Positions 1 to 10,771 of a DNA stretch of 64,000 nucleotides are shown here, piece after piece. Each line of letters starts with the position of its first letter. The stretch's first letter is position 1. The stretch covers positions 19,461 through 83,460 of the forward strand of contig VAWP01000087.1 of NCBI GenBank assembly GCA_005888295.1, read 5' to 3'. The translations under genes and the position numbers were made by a program. This DNA comes from Actinomycetota bacterium (GTDB lineage: Bacteria > Actinomycetota > Acidimicrobiia > Acidimicrobiales > AC-9). The notes under the pieces were generated by a model. It did no database searches. It was not told the DNA's origin and saw only the letters and a program-made list of their open reading frames with translations.

Positions 1-721
1 GCGGGAGCTCCCACGGCTCGTCCAGCCCGACCTGTACGCGCCCGCTGCTGAAGCAGGCCAGCAACTCGGCGAGCAGGTCGCGCACCAGTGCCAGCGATGC
101 CGGCTTGGCCGGGTCGATCGTCGTCGGCGCGTGCAGATGGCCGCGAGCGTCGGGCCAGCCGTCGGGTGCGATGGCCATCTGCCGGTACCGTTCGTGGGCC
201 AGCCACCGGCCCATGTGACCCAGGCAGTTCTGATTGGGGACGAGCTCGACGTGGCGGGCCCGGCAGAACTCGTCGAGCCGGGTCACCTCCTCGGCGGTGA
301 GCGGGCTGGCGCGTCCCCAGACCTCCTCGTGGTCCCGGTAGGCGAAGGTGTGCTCGAAGTACAGCTGGACCTGGTTGACCTTCCAGGACGCAAGCCGGTC
401 GATCAGTGTCTCAAGGGTGTGCATGGTCGGGACCTTGTCCCGGGAGATGTCGAGCATGACTCCCCGCACGGGAAAGTCTGGCCAGTCGCGGACCGTGCCG
501 ACGGGGAGCCGGTCGTCGTGCAGGCGAGCGAGCTGGTCGAGGGTCGCCCGACCGTAGAAGAGGCCGGCGTCGTCGCCGCCCCGGAGCTGGACGCCATCTG
601 CGTCGATCCGCAGCTCGTAGCCCTGAGCGGGCAACGACCGGTGGAGGGTTGCGACCGGCGGGCGGGCGGACACGAGCGCGTCTCCGAGGTCGAGGTGGCG
701 CGGCCGCGGGAGCAGGTTCAC
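1..721 (-). CDS. glycoside hydrolase family 20 beta-N-acetylhexosaminidase, N-terminal part only (gene runs off the left edge)
   Basis: Own translation of the minus strand; it is absent from the ORF track because there is no stop in the window. Sequence: [92 protein letters not shown]. These are typical GH20 N-domain and barrel motifs. The GTG at 721 overlaps the upstream stop (GTGA). Confidence 0.8.
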   Translation of the reverse strand, partial: MNLLPRPRHLDLGDALVSARPPVATLHRSLPAQGYELRIDADGVQLRGGDDAGLFYGRATLDQLARLHDDRLPVGTVRDWPDFPVRGVMLDISRDKVPTMHTLETLIDRLASWKVNQVQLYFEHTFAYRDHEEVWGRASPLTAEEVTRLDEFCRARHVELVPNQNCLGHMGRWLAHERYRQMAIAPDGWPDARGHLHAPTTIDPAKPASLALVRDLLAELLACFSSGRVQVGLDEPWELP

Positions 722-1551
722 CGATCGTCCCCCAACTTCTTGCGGTACACGAAGAACACCCGGCTCACCGTGCCGCCGACTCGGGCGTAGGGGACGATGG
801 GTCCGACCCACACGACCTCGGCGCGGTGGCGTCCGGCGGCCCGCATCCGGTGCAGGGCCCCCAGCACGAGCGGTTCTCCCGCGCCTTTGCCGACGAGGTC
901 GTGGCGCACGGCGACCGGACCCAGCAGTCCCCGGCGGTTGACGTCATAGGCGCAGAAGCCGGTGATTCCCTCGTCGTCGTGGGACACGACGAGCGTGCCC
1001 TTGTCGAGGGCGCGCAGGGCCTCGGCCGCCCAGTTCGGCCAGTACGTCTCCAGCCAGCCGGCCATCTCCGCCCGGTCGCCGGCCTCGGCCAGATCCGTGC
1101 CGCCAGGATCCGGGTGTAGTGCGTCCAGGTCCACGGCCATGTTGAAGTTGGCCTCGGCCCGGTTGTAGTGGTGACGCTCGAGCAGGCTGAGCATCGCCGT
1201 CTGGGTCGTCTCCACGCCCGGAAAGAGGAAGTACGGAGCGTCCGCCCCGACCGTCACCGACTTCGTCCCGGCCAGATCGGCCTCGGCAGCTTCGATGAGC
1301 GCGTGCCCGTGTCCACGTCCGCGGACAGAGGGATCGACGACCAGGAGCCGCACGTAGCCCCCACCCTCGCCTTCCACGGTCGCCACGACTCCGACGTCGG
1401 GGTCGCCGCGCACCGTCGCCGGCTGGTCCGGCGCGAACAGCGCACCCTCCAGCTCGTCCGCCGCGGGAGGGTCCGACACGCCCCGCCGGCACAGCTCGGC
1501 GATGGCAGCCAGCTCCCCGGCGCCGAGCCGGTCGAGCGGCAGCGAGGTCAC
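718..1551 (-). CDS. GNAT family N-acetyltransferase with two tandem GNAT domains
   Basis: ORF 718..1779 trimmed to the GTG at 1551, which overlaps the stop of the upstream kinase (GTGA). Two acetyl-CoA-binding-like blocks: [18 protein letters not shown] and [17 protein letters not shown]. Confidence 0.8.
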   Translation of the reverse strand: MTSLPLDRLGAGELAAIAELCRRGVSDPPAADELEGALFAPDQPATVRGDPDVGVVATVEGEGGGYVRLLVVDPSVRGRGHGHALIEAAEADLAGTKSVTVGADAPYFLFPGVETTQTAMLSLLERHHYNRAEANFNMAVDLDALHPDPGGTDLAEAGDRAEMAGWLETYWPNWAAEALRALDKGTLVVSHDDEGITGFCAYDVNRRGLLGPVAVRHDLVGKGAGEPLVLGALHRMRAAGRHRAEVVWVGPIVPYARVGGTVSRVFFVYRKKLGDDR

Positions 1552-2669
1552 GCGTTCCTCCAGAGGCCGGCCACGATGTCGTCGAGGCGCGGCATCTGCT
1601 CGAGCATCGATGCCAGGAGCCGCACCTGCACCCGGCTCCGGTCGAGGTTCTGGCCGGGCCGGAACGTCCGGAAGTAGACGTCGCCGGCCAGATAGTCGGT
1701 GAGAAATCGCATCGCCTGTTCGTACACCAGCACGCCGCCGGCCAGCGAGAGCAGCGCCACCTCGGGCTGGCTGATCCACCCGGCGGCCTCCTGGTGGTAG
1801 CCCGTCAGCATCGCCCGGGCCCGGCCCAGGTCCATCCTCACGCGGTCGATGTCGGGCTCGTCCTCCCGAACGGGGCAGGCGGCGGTGCGGAGCAGGTCAC
1901 CGACGTCCCAGAGGATCGGGCCCGGCATGATCGTGTCGAGGTCGGTGACGCAGATGGCTCGGCCGGAGTCGTCGTCGAAGAGGAGGTTGTCGACCTTGGC
2001 GTCGTTGTGGGCCACGCGGGTCGGGACGTCGGGCCCGGCCAGGCTCCGCCCAGCCTCTGTGAGATGACGGTTCTCGAGCACAAAGGCGACCTCGTCGGCC
2101 ACGACCGCCGCCCGTCCAGCGGGGTCGACGCGCAGCACGCGTTCGAAGCTCGACAGCCGCTGCTCGGGGTGGTGAAACCCCGGGATCGTCTCGCTCAGCA
2201 ACGCCGGGTCGAGGTCGACCAGCAGACGGTGGAGCTCTCCGAAGGCCCGGCCGGCCTCGAACGCCTGCGCGTCCGAGCCGAGGGTGGCCTCGCTGCGGGT
2301 CCGCTCCACGAACCACAGGCAGCGCCAGACGGCACCATCGGCCGCCCGCCACGAGAGCCGCCCGTCACGCGTCGGGACCAGTCTCACGACCCTGCGGTCG
2401 AGGTCCTCCTGACCTGCCGCTTCCAGCCGGCTCCGCAGGTGCGACGTCACGAGGGCGACGTTGGCCATCACCGACTCCGGATCCGGGAAGACCTCGGGGT
2501 TCAGCCGCTGGAGCAGATAGCGCACCGGTCCGACCACAGTGACCAGGTGCGTGGCGTTGATGTTCCCCTCGCCGTGGGGCACGATGCTCTCGACCGGCCC
2601 ATCCAGGGCGAATCGGGCAGCGGCGACCGCCGGATCGGGCACCGTACCCGTGGTGGGGCCAGTTTGCAC
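1548..2669 (-). CDS. aminoglycoside-phosphotransferase-fold sugar kinase (N-acetylhexosamine 1-kinase-like)
   Basis: C-terminal 373 codons of ORF 1548..3296. Motifs [12 protein letters not shown] (nucleotide loop), [14 protein letters not shown] (HxDxxxxN catalytic loop) and VTDLDT. Start taken at GTG 2669 (TTG 2693 is an alternative); the rest of the long ORF is antisense to the GH15 gene. Confidence 0.75.
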   Translation of the reverse strand: MQTGPTTGTVPDPAVAAARFALDGPVESIVPHGEGNINATHLVTVVGPVRYLLQRLNPEVFPDPESVMANVALVTSHLRSRLEAAGQEDLDRRVVRLVPTRDGRLSWRAADGAVWRCLWFVERTRSEATLGSDAQAFEAGRAFGELHRLLVDLDPALLSETIPGFHHPEQRLSSFERVLRVDPAGRAAVVADEVAFVLENRHLTEAGRSLAGPDVPTRVAHNDAKVDNLLFDDDSGRAICVTDLDTIMPGPILWDVGDLLRTAACPVREDEPDIDRVRMDLGRARAMLTGYHQEAAGWISQPEVALLSLAGGVLVYEQAMRFLTDYLAGDVYFRTFRPGQNLDRSRVQVRLLASMLEQMPRLDDIVAGLWRNA

Positions 2670-2714
2670 CGGGGCGAGGGTACCGTTCCCCAAACGGAGC
2701 GAGGGGATGCGTCT

Positions 2715-4509
2715 GTGGCATATCAACCGATCGAGAGCTACGGCGTCATCGGTGACATGCGCACCGCCGCCCTGGTGGGGACCAACGGGTCCATCGACTG
2801 GCTCTGCTTCCCCCACTTCGACTCGCCCAGCGTGTTCGCCGCCATCCTCGACGACGACAAGGGCGGACGCTTCGCCATCTCGCCCACGATCGAGGGCTTC
2901 CGGACCAAGCAGCTCTACTGGCCCGACTCCAACGTGCTCGTCACCCGGTTCCTGTCCGAGACCGGGGTCGCGCTGCAACCGCCGTTGCGTGGTCAGGCGG
3001 GTGACGAGCATCCGGGGCACCATGACCTTCCACATGGAGTGCACCCCAGCGTTCGACTTCGCGCGCGCCAGCCATGAGACCGAGGTGGGCGACGGAGGAG
3101 CGCGCTTCCGCTCCGACGGGCTCACCCTGGGACTGGGCAGCGACGTGCCGGTCAAGAGCCACGGGCGAGGGGTCGTCGCCGACTTCAGCCTCGACGAGGG
3201 CGACGAGGCCTCCTTCGTCCTGGGCGAGGCCGACGGGGAGGCAACGGGCGACCTCCGCCTCCCACCCACCCTGCAGAACGAGCTTCTGCAGGGCACGGTC
3301 GACTACTGGCACCACTGGCTGTCGCAGTGCACCTACCGGGGCCGGTGGCGCGAGATGGTCCATCGTTCCGCCCTGGCCCTCAAGCTCCTGACGTTCGACC
3401 CGACCGGCGCGATCGTCGCCGCCCCCACCTGCGCGCTGCCCGAGCAGCTCGGCGGCACGCGCAACTGGGACTATCGCTACACCTGGATCCGAGACGCCGC
3501 CTTCACCCTCTACGGGTTGCTGCGAATCGGCTTCACCGAGGAGGCGGCGCAGTTCATGACCTTCCTCGAGGCCCGGTGCCGGGAGCTCGATCCGGACGGG
3601 TCGCTGCAGATCATGTACGGGCTCGACGGCCGCCACCGCCTCGTCGAGGAGGAGCTCGACCACCTCGACGGCTACCGCGGATCCCGCCCCGTACGGGTGG
3701 GCAACGATGCCTACGACCAGCTCCAGCTCGACATCTACGGCGAGCTCATGGACTCGGTCTACCTGTACAACAAGTACGGATCGGCGATCTCCTACGACCT
3801 CTGGGTGTCGCTCCGGCGCCTGGTCAACTGGGTGTGCGACAACTGGCAGCGCGAGGACGAGGGAATCTGGGAGATGCGCGGCGGCCGCCGGCACTGCGTC
3901 TACTCGAAGCTCATGTGCTGGGTCGCCGTCGACCGGGGCCTGCGCCTGGCCGACAAGCGCTCCTTCCCCGCCGACCGCGACCGGTGGCTCCGGATACGCG
4001 ACGAGATCTACGAGCAGATCATGGAGCGCGGTTGGAGCGACAAGCACCAGGCCTTCATGCAGTCGTACGACAGTGAGACCCTCGACGCCGCCAACCTGGT
4101 GATGCCCCTGGTGTTCTTCCTCTCCCCCAGCGACCCCAGGATGCTGAAGACCCTCGACGCCATCAACCGGGCGCCGGAGGACGGCGGGCTCGTCGCCAAC
4201 AACCTCGTCTACCGCTACAACCTGCTGGCCAGTCCGGACGGCCTTCCCGGAGAGGAGGGCACGTTCAACATCTGCACCTTCTGGCTCGTGGAGGCCCTCA
4301 CCCGTGCCGGCCGGGCCGATCGTTCCCGCCTGGAGGAGGCCAGGCTCATGTTCGAGCGCATGCTCGGGTACGCCAACCACGTCGGCCTGTTCGCCGAGCA
4401 GACCTCGATGTCGGGAGAGGCGCTGGGCAACTTTCCGCAGGCCTTCACCCACCTCGCCCTGATCAGCGCCGCCTTCAACCTGGACCGGGCCCTCGGGACC
4501 CGGGACTGA
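2715..4509 (+). pseudogene. GH15 glycoside hydrolase (glucoamylase/trehalase family), split by a frameshift plus a missing conserved block near 2973-2980
   Basis: The N-domain ([59 protein letters not shown]) is in frame 3. The rest ([54 protein letters not shown]) is in frame 1. The span is 1795 nt, not a multiple of 3. The usual DFMP segment between the two parts is absent in all frames. Confidence 0.7.
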
Positions 4510-4515
4510 GGCCTG

Positions 4516-5541
4516 TCAACCCCGGACGAGCTCCCATCTCGCCGGCTCGCCGTTCACCTCTCGCAGGACGCCCCGTGACTCGAGTGCCCGGAGGTGAGCC
4601 ATGGCCTCCCCCACCGCCGCCCGGCGCATGAAGCCCCCGATCCGGTCCCACGGCCGCGACCACGTCATCTGGGACGCGATGTCCCACGCCGAGGTCACGC
4701 CCCGCGTGACGGCGGCGATGACCTCGGCGAACCGCTGCTCGTGATGGGCCCGCAGCTCGGCCACCCTCTCCGGGAGCCCGACGAAACGGTGCTCGTGAGC
4801 GGGCAGCACCTCGTCGGTCGGAAAGGCGGCCACCCGGTCCAGCGAGCCGAGGTAGTCACCGAGCGGATCGGCCCCCGCCTGCGGGTGGAACGGGATGTTG
4901 GGAGTGATGCGGGGCAGCACGTGGTCGCCGGAGAGCATCAGCTGATAGCGCGGCTCGTGGAAGCACAGGTGCCCGGGTGAGTGGCCGGGGGTCCAGATGG
5001 CGAGGAGGTCCCACCCAGGCACCTCGGGCCTGGTGTCGTCCTCGATCAAGACGTCGGGCTCGACGGCGGTGACAAAGGGCAGGACGGGCATGGACGCCCG
5101 CTGCAACGACGACAGCTCCTCGGCCGGCGCGCCCACCCGACGCAGCATGGCCCCGACCCGCACCAGCAGATCCTCGGGCTCCTGGTAGCGGTCGTGGATC
5201 AGCTTGGCGTCGGCGGGGTGCAGTGCGACCCAGGCCCCCGACGCGTCCCTCACCCGGCCGGCCAACCCGTAGTGGTCGGGATGGATGTGGGTGACGAGCA
5301 CCCCCCGCACCTCGGCCACCTCGGTCCCGGCATGCGACAGTCCGGCGGCCAGGGTCTCGAAGGCGTCGTCGGTGTTCCAGCCGGCGTCCACGATGTAGGG
5401 CCCGGCATCGGTCTCGAACACGTACACGAGCACGTAGCGCAGCGGGTTGTTCGGGATGGGGACGGGGACGCTCCAGATGCCCGGCCTGACCCGCTCGACG
5501 GGCGGGAGCGGCCCGACCGTGCGGGCGCTGACCGACACCAC
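4516..5541 (-). CDS. MBL-fold metallo-hydrolase
   Basis: 341-aa ORF with the HxHxDH motif (VTHIHPDHYG) and a later TPGHSPGH. Confidence 0.85.
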   Translation of the reverse strand: MVSVSARTVGPLPPVERVRPGIWSVPVPIPNNPLRYVLVYVFETDAGPYIVDAGWNTDDAFETLAAGLSHAGTEVAEVRGVLVTHIHPDHYGLAGRVRDASGAWVALHPADAKLIHDRYQEPEDLLVRVGAMLRRVGAPAEELSSLQRASMPVLPFVTAVEPDVLIEDDTRPEVPGWDLLAIWTPGHSPGHLCFHEPRYQLMLSGDHVLPRITPNIPFHPQAGADPLGDYLGSLDRVAAFPTDEVLPAHEHRFVGLPERVAELRAHHEQRFAEVIAAVTRGVTSAWDIASQMTWSRPWDRIGGFMRRAAVGEAMAHLRALESRGVLREVNGEPARWELVRG

Positions 5542-5545
5542 CGGC

Positions 5546-7426
5546 TCAGCCCGCCGTGACCAGGCCCCGAGCGCCCTCGACGATGTGACGGGCGGAGATG
5601 CCGGCCCAGTCCATCAGCTCGGCCGACGTGCCCGAGCCGGGGGTGCCCCGGACGGCCAGATGGGCGATGCGTGGGGGGTGAGGCTCGTTCGACAGCACCT
5701 CCATGACCGCGGCTCCGATACCGCCTTGCGGATAGTGGTCCTCGACGACGAGCAGACGACCCGAAGTGACCCGCGCCGCCTCGCGCAGTGTGTCCACGTC
5801 GACGGGCTTCACCGAGTAGAGGTCGATCACCCGCGCCCTGATCCCCGACTTCTCCAGCGTCGCGGCGGCCTCGATGCAGGCGTGCAACGTCACGCCGGCT
5901 CCGATGAGGGCGACCGAGTCGTCGTCGTGGCTGCGAACCACCTTTGACCCGCCGATCGCGAAGCGGTCGTCGGGACCGTAGAGGACGGGATAGCCGCCTC
6001 TGGTCGTGCGGATGTACACGATGCCCTCGGTGTCGGCCATGAGGCTCACGAGGTTCACCGCCGAGACGGGGTCGCTCGGGTAGAGCACCGTCGACCCGCT
6101 CACCGCCCGCATGGCGGCCAGGTCCTCGAGCGCCATCTGCGACGGTCCGTCGGCGCCGATCTCCGAGCCGGCGTGGGAACCGGACAGGCGGATGTTGGCT
6201 CGTGAGATCGCCGCCATCCTGATGAAGTCGTAGGCCCGCGACAGGAACGCAGCGAAGGTGGACGCGAAGGGCACGTACCCCCGGACGCTCATGCCGACCG
6301 CGGCCGCCACCATCTGCTGCTCGGCGATGAACATCTCGAAGAAACGATCGGGGTAGGCCTTCTTGAACTCGTCGGCGTGGGTCGAGTTGCTGACCTCGCC
6401 GTCGAGCGCCACGACCTCGGGGCGGGCGCCCAGGGCGACCAGGGCGTCGCCGTAGGCCTTGCGAGTCGCCACCTTGTCCGCCTTGTCGTAGCGGGGCAGC
6501 TCGACCGTCGCCTTCCCCGGACGGGCGATCGCGCTCCGGAGCCGCTCCGGGAGGGGTCCGTCGGACCGCAGGTCACGCTCGCCTCCGAGCTCGGCGATGG
6601 CCCGCTGGGCCATGTCCTCGGGGAGGGGCTTGCCGTGCCACCCCTCCTTGTCCTCGAGCTCGGAGAAGCCCTTGCCCTTGACCGTGCGAGCGATGATGAC
6701 CGTCGGGCGGTCCGCGTCGCGGACGGCGGTGAGGGCCTCGTCGATCTCGGCGTCGTCGTGCCCGTCGATCTCCAGCGCGGCACAGCCGAAGGCCTCCACC
6801 CGGCGGCGGTAGGCGTCCAGCTCCCATCCGAACTCCGTCGGGCCTCGCTGCCCCAGCCGGTTGACATCGAACAGCGCCGTCAGGTTCGAGAGGCCGTAGT
6901 GGGCCGCCTTGTCGAGCGCCTCCCAGATGGAGCCCTCGGCCAGCTCGCTGTCGCCGCAGAGGACCCAGACGTGGAACGGCAGCTCGTCGAGGTAGCGCCC
7001 CGCCAGGGCGACACCGACTCCATCGGGCAGCCCCTGCCCGAGCGATCCCGTCGCCACGTCGACCCACGGCAGCTCGGGCGTCGGGTGTCCTTCCAGCTTG
7101 GACCCGAACTGACGGTAGGTCTCGACCAGCTCCTTGTCGCTGACGACACCCGCCGCCTTGAACATCGAGTAGAGCAGCGGCGACGCGTGGCCCTTGGAGA
7201 AGATGAGGTGGTCGTTGTTGTCAGCCTCGGGGTCGTTCCAGTCGTAGCGGAAGTGGCGGGACAGCAGCACGGCCATGAGATCAGCGGCGGACATGCTCGA
7301 GGTGGGGTGGCCCGACCCGGCGTGGGTGCTGCAGCGGATGGAGTCCACCCGCAGCTGCTGACCGAGCTCGGCCAGAAAGGCGAGCTGGTCGGTGTCGAGC
7401 TTGCCGCCGGTCGTCGTTCGAGCCAT
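5546..7426 (-). CDS. transketolase (single-chain, about 626 aa)
   Basis: ORF 5546..8239 trimmed to ATG 7426, preceded by GGGGAG. Motifs: HAGSGHPTSSMSAADL, GDSELAEGSIWEA, FIAEQQMV and GPSQMALEDLA. Confidence 0.9.
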   Translation of the reverse strand: MARTTTGGKLDTDQLAFLAELGQQLRVDSIRCSTHAGSGHPTSSMSAADLMAVLLSRHFRYDWNDPEADNNDHLIFSKGHASPLLYSMFKAAGVVSDKELVETYRQFGSKLEGHPTPELPWVDVATGSLGQGLPDGVGVALAGRYLDELPFHVWVLCGDSELAEGSIWEALDKAAHYGLSNLTALFDVNRLGQRGPTEFGWELDAYRRRVEAFGCAALEIDGHDDAEIDEALTAVRDADRPTVIIARTVKGKGFSELEDKEGWHGKPLPEDMAQRAIAELGGERDLRSDGPLPERLRSAIARPGKATVELPRYDKADKVATRKAYGDALVALGARPEVVALDGEVSNSTHADEFKKAYPDRFFEMFIAEQQMVAAAVGMSVRGYVPFASTFAAFLSRAYDFIRMAAISRANIRLSGSHAGSEIGADGPSQMALEDLAAMRAVSGSTVLYPSDPVSAVNLVSLMADTEGIVYIRTTRGGYPVLYGPDDRFAIGGSKVVRSHDDDSVALIGAGVTLHACIEAAATLEKSGIRARVIDLYSVKPVDVDTLREAARVTSGRLLVVEDHYPQGGIGAAVMEVLSNEPHPPRIAHLAVRGTPGSGTSAELMDWAGISARHIVEGARGLVTAG

Positions 7427-7491
7427 GTCGAGTCTCCCCGGGGGTCGGCGCCCGGCCCGTTCCAGGCGCTCCACCGCCAGGCTAGTCGGGC

Positions 7492-8316
7492 TCAGCCGCG
7501 GCGCACCCTGCCCCGAAGGGCAGCGAGGGCGAGGCCGATGCTGAGCACACCCACTGCAGCCACCGCCACGAGTGCCTGGAACAGGGCGGTGCCGTCCCAA
7601 CCGCTCGAGGTCAGCGAGCGCAGCCCGGCCAGCAGGTAGGTGACGGGGTTGTAGGTGGCGATGGTGGACAGCCAACCGGACAGCGCCTGCTTGGGGACGA
7701 AGGTCGTCGTCAGGAAGGCGAGTGGGAAGAACAGCACGAAGCTGGAGTTCACCGCGGCGGGATTGCCCGTCTTGAGGGCGATTGCATACGGAAAGCCGGT
7801 GAAGACCAGCCCCCACAGGGCGGCGACGAGCACGAAGACGATGAGCCCCGCCACCCCGGTCACGAAGTTCACCCCGACGGCGAAGCCCACGATCAGCACG
7901 GGGATTGTCAGCGCCACCACGAGGGTGAAGTCCGCGACCATCAGGCCGAGCAGCAGGGCCAGGCGACGGACCGGTGTCACGCACAGCCGGTCGAAGTAGC
8001 CGCCCTGGATGTCGGTCACCAGCGACGAGGCCCGTGAGATGCCGGTGACGGCGAAGACGATGGCGACCGGCAACAGGAACGCCTTGAGGTCGATGCCCGC
8101 GGCCTGGCGGGTCACCTTCTGCAGCGAACCCAGGTTCACGGTGAAGAAGAACACCGGGACGATCAGGGCGGGGATCATCGACTCGGGGTCCCTGGGTATC
8201 TGGCGCAGGGCCCGGCCCGCCACCACGATCAGATCCCACAAGAAGCCCGTCTCGCGCCCATGGATGTCGTCTCCGGCCTCGGTGGCGGAACGGGTCGCCG
8301 TCCTGGCCGTCGTCAC
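7492..8316 (-). CDS. ABC-2 type transporter permease
   Basis: Hydrophobic 274-aa C-terminal part of ORF 7492..9132. The GTG at 8316 overlaps the stop of the ATPase gene (GTGA). Confidence 0.8.
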   Translation of the reverse strand: MTTARTATRSATEAGDDIHGRETGFLWDLIVVAGRALRQIPRDPESMIPALIVPVFFFTVNLGSLQKVTRQAAGIDLKAFLLPVAIVFAVTGISRASSLVTDIQGGYFDRLCVTPVRRLALLLGLMVADFTLVVALTIPVLIVGFAVGVNFVTGVAGLIVFVLVAALWGLVFTGFPYAIALKTGNPAAVNSSFVLFFPLAFLTTTFVPKQALSGWLSTIATYNPVTYLLAGLRSLTSSGWDGTALFQALVAVAAVGVLSIGLALAALRGRVRRG

Positions 8317-9284
8317 TGGCCCTCCTCCGCCTCGACGTGCTCGAGGTGCTCGATGTGGCCGCCGGTCAGCTCCAGGAACACGTCGTCGAGCGTGGGCGTG
8401 CGCAAGGTGAGGCTGTGCACCGTGAGCTGGTGGTGGTTGAGCGCCACGGCGACGGGCGTCATCGTCGCCGCGCCGTCTGGCGCCCGCAGCGTGACCTCCC
8501 CCTCGCGGACGGACACGTGATGGACGCCGGGCACCTCCCGCAGCGCCTCGGCGACCTGCCGGTCGGCGCCCTCGACCCGGGCGACGATGAGGTCGTCCCC
8601 AATGGAACGCTTCAGCTCGTCCGGCGTGCCCTCGGCCACGATGCGCCCGTCGGCGATGATGCCCACCCGGTCGGCCAGCTCGTCGGCCTCCTCGAGGTAC
8701 TGGGTCGTCAGGAAGATCGTCGTGCCCCGCTCGACGTTCAGCTTGCGGACCTCCCGCCACACGGCGACGCGACTGGCCGGGTCGAGACCGGTGGTCGGCT
8801 CGTCCAGAAAGATGACCTCGGGGTTGTGCACCAGGGCGGCAGCCACGTCGAGCCGGCGCTTCATGCCGCCCGAGTAGGTCGCGACCCGCCGGTCGATCGC
8901 GTCGCCGATGTCGACCATTTGCAGCACGTCGTCGAGACGACGATCGATCTCCGAGGTGTGCAGGCCGTAGAGCCGACCCTGGAGCCGGAGGAGCTCCCGA
9001 CCTGTCTGGCGGTCGTCGAGGGCCGCCTCCTGGAGGGCGACGCCGATCCGAAGGCGCACCGCCTGCGGTTCGGAGGCGACGTCGTAGCCCGCCACGCGCG
9101 CCGAGCCGGCCGTCGGCAGCAACAGGGTGCACAGCATCCGCACCAATGTCGACTTCCCGGCCCCGTTGGGTCCCAGGAAGCCGTAGATCTGTCCCTCGGG
9201 CACCGAGAGGTCGACCCCGGCGACGGCCAGGACCGAGTCGAAGCGGCGCTCGATCTTCTCGGCCAGGACGGCCGGCTCAGCCAT
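8313..9284 (-). CDS. ABC transporter ATP-binding protein (DrrA/daunorubicin-resistance-like)
   Basis: Walker A GPNGAGKST, signature YSGGMKRRL and Walker B IFLDEPTTGLD. Confidence 0.9.
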   Translation of the reverse strand: MAEPAVLAEKIERRFDSVLAVAGVDLSVPEGQIYGFLGPNGAGKSTLVRMLCTLLLPTAGSARVAGYDVASEPQAVRLRIGVALQEAALDDRQTGRELLRLQGRLYGLHTSEIDRRLDDVLQMVDIGDAIDRRVATYSGGMKRRLDVAAALVHNPEVIFLDEPTTGLDPASRVAVWREVRKLNVERGTTIFLTTQYLEEADELADRVGIIADGRIVAEGTPDELKRSIGDDLIVARVEGADRQVAEALREVPGVHHVSVREGEVTLRAPDGAATMTPVAVALNHHQLTVHSLTLRTPTLDDVFLELTGGHIEHLEHVEAEEGQ

Positions 9285-9311
9285 CGGTCGGCGCCAGCTC
9301 CCCGGGTGACC

Positions 9312-10457
9312 TCACGTCTCCAGCCCGTCCAGGCGGGCCAGGATGCGGAGCATGACCTCGTCCGCTCCCCCGCCGATGGACAGCAGCCGGGAGTCCCTGA
9401 AGTAGCGCGACGTCCAGGTCTCCTCCATGTACCCGATGCCGCCGTGGTACTGGATGCACGTGTCGGCGACCCTTCGGATCAGTCGGCCCGTGGCCAGCTT
9501 GGCGATGGTCGCGTAGCGGGTCGTGTCCTCGCCCCGCATGTACGCCTCGGCGCAGGCGTAGTTGTAGTGCCGGGCCATGTCCAGCTCGGCGGCCAGCTCG
9601 GCCAGGGTGAACTGGATGTGCTGGTTGGCGAGCAGCGGACGGTCGAAGACCTCCCGGTGCTTCAGGTAGTCGGCGGTCCGCTCGAGTGCCCGCTCGGCAC
9701 CCCCGACGGCCTGGTAGGCGGCGATCATCCGCTCGTTCTGGAACTGGGCCATCTGCTGTTGGAAGCCCTGCCCGATCTCTCCGATCGTGTTGGCGACCGG
9801 TACCCGCACGTCCTCGAACGAGAGCTCGGCGGTGTCCGACGACCAGTTGCCGAGCTTCTCGAGCTTGCGACTGACCGCAAAGCCCTCGACGTCGGTCGGG
9901 ACGACGATCTGCGACATCCCCTGGTAGCCGCCGTCGCCCGATGTTCGCGCCAGCAGGCACAGCCAGTCGGCCTGGGCGCCGTTGGTGATGTACAACTTCG
10001 TCCCGTTGATCACCCACTCGTCGCCGTCGCGCACGGCCCGGGTGCGGAGCGCGGCGACGTCGGAGCCGGCGTCGGCCTCGGTGACCGCGATCGACGTCAC
10101 CATGTGACCGCTGATGGCGGGGGCGAGGTAGCGCCGCTTCAGCTCGTCGGTCCCGAACCGATGGAGCGACGGCGTGGCCATGTTGGTCTGCACGCTGATC
10201 GCCATCGGCACTCCGCCGCAGCCGATGCGCCCCAGCTCCTCGCCGGCGACGACCGTGTAGGAGTGGTCGGCCCCCTGCCCGCCGTAGCTCGGGTCGTACT
10301 CCAGCCCGAGCAGACCGAGCGCTCCCAGCTTGGGGAACAGCTCGTGGGCGGGGAAGGCGCCCTCCCGCTCCCACTGGTCGACGTGGGGCTCGATCTCGTG
10401 CTCCACGAAATCCCGCACAGTCTTGCGGAACAGCTGGTGCTCTGCGGAGAAGTTCAT
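9312..10457 (-). CDS. acyl-CoA dehydrogenase
   Basis: 381-aa ORF with TEADAGSD, GGIGYMEE and a typical ACAD N-terminus and C-terminus. Confidence 0.9.
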   Translation of the reverse strand: MNFSAEHQLFRKTVRDFVEHEIEPHVDQWEREGAFPAHELFPKLGALGLLGLEYDPSYGGQGADHSYTVVAGEELGRIGCGGVPMAISVQTNMATPSLHRFGTDELKRRYLAPAISGHMVTSIAVTEADAGSDVAALRTRAVRDGDEWVINGTKLYITNGAQADWLCLLARTSGDGGYQGMSQIVVPTDVEGFAVSRKLEKLGNWSSDTAELSFEDVRVPVANTIGEIGQGFQQQMAQFQNERMIAAYQAVGGAERALERTADYLKHREVFDRPLLANQHIQFTLAELAAELDMARHYNYACAEAYMRGEDTTRYATIAKLATGRLIRRVADTCIQYHGGIGYMEETWTSRYFRDSRLLSIGGGADEVMLRILARLDGLET

Positions 10458-10486
10458 GACGCCAGCTAGCGTGCCATGCTCGGTCC

Positions 10487-10771
10487 ATGACCGACATTTC
10501 GATCACCCCGATCGGGCCGGGGCGCTTCTCGGTGCAGCTCCGCCAGGGCCGGACCTCGACCAGCCACCGGGTGACGGTCCCGCAGTCCGTCCTCGACGAT
10601 CCGGAGCTCGGTGCTGTCGATCCGCAGGTGATCGTGCACGAGTCGATGGAGTTCCTGCTCGAGCGGGAGCCGCCGACGTCGATCCTGTCGGAGTTCTCTC
10701 TCGACGTGATCCCCCGGTACTTCCCCGACTACGACGCCGAGCTGCGTCGGCGACTGTCCCTCAGCGGGTGA
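10487..10771 (+). CDS. hypothetical protein (94 aa)
   Basis: ORF with high third-position GC and a non-repetitive sequence. I do not recognise a family. Confidence 0.5.
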   Translation: MTDISITPIGPGRFSVQLRQGRTSTSHRVTVPQSVLDDPELGAVDPQVIVHESMEFLLEREPPTSILSEFSLDVIPRYFPDYDAELRRRLSLSG

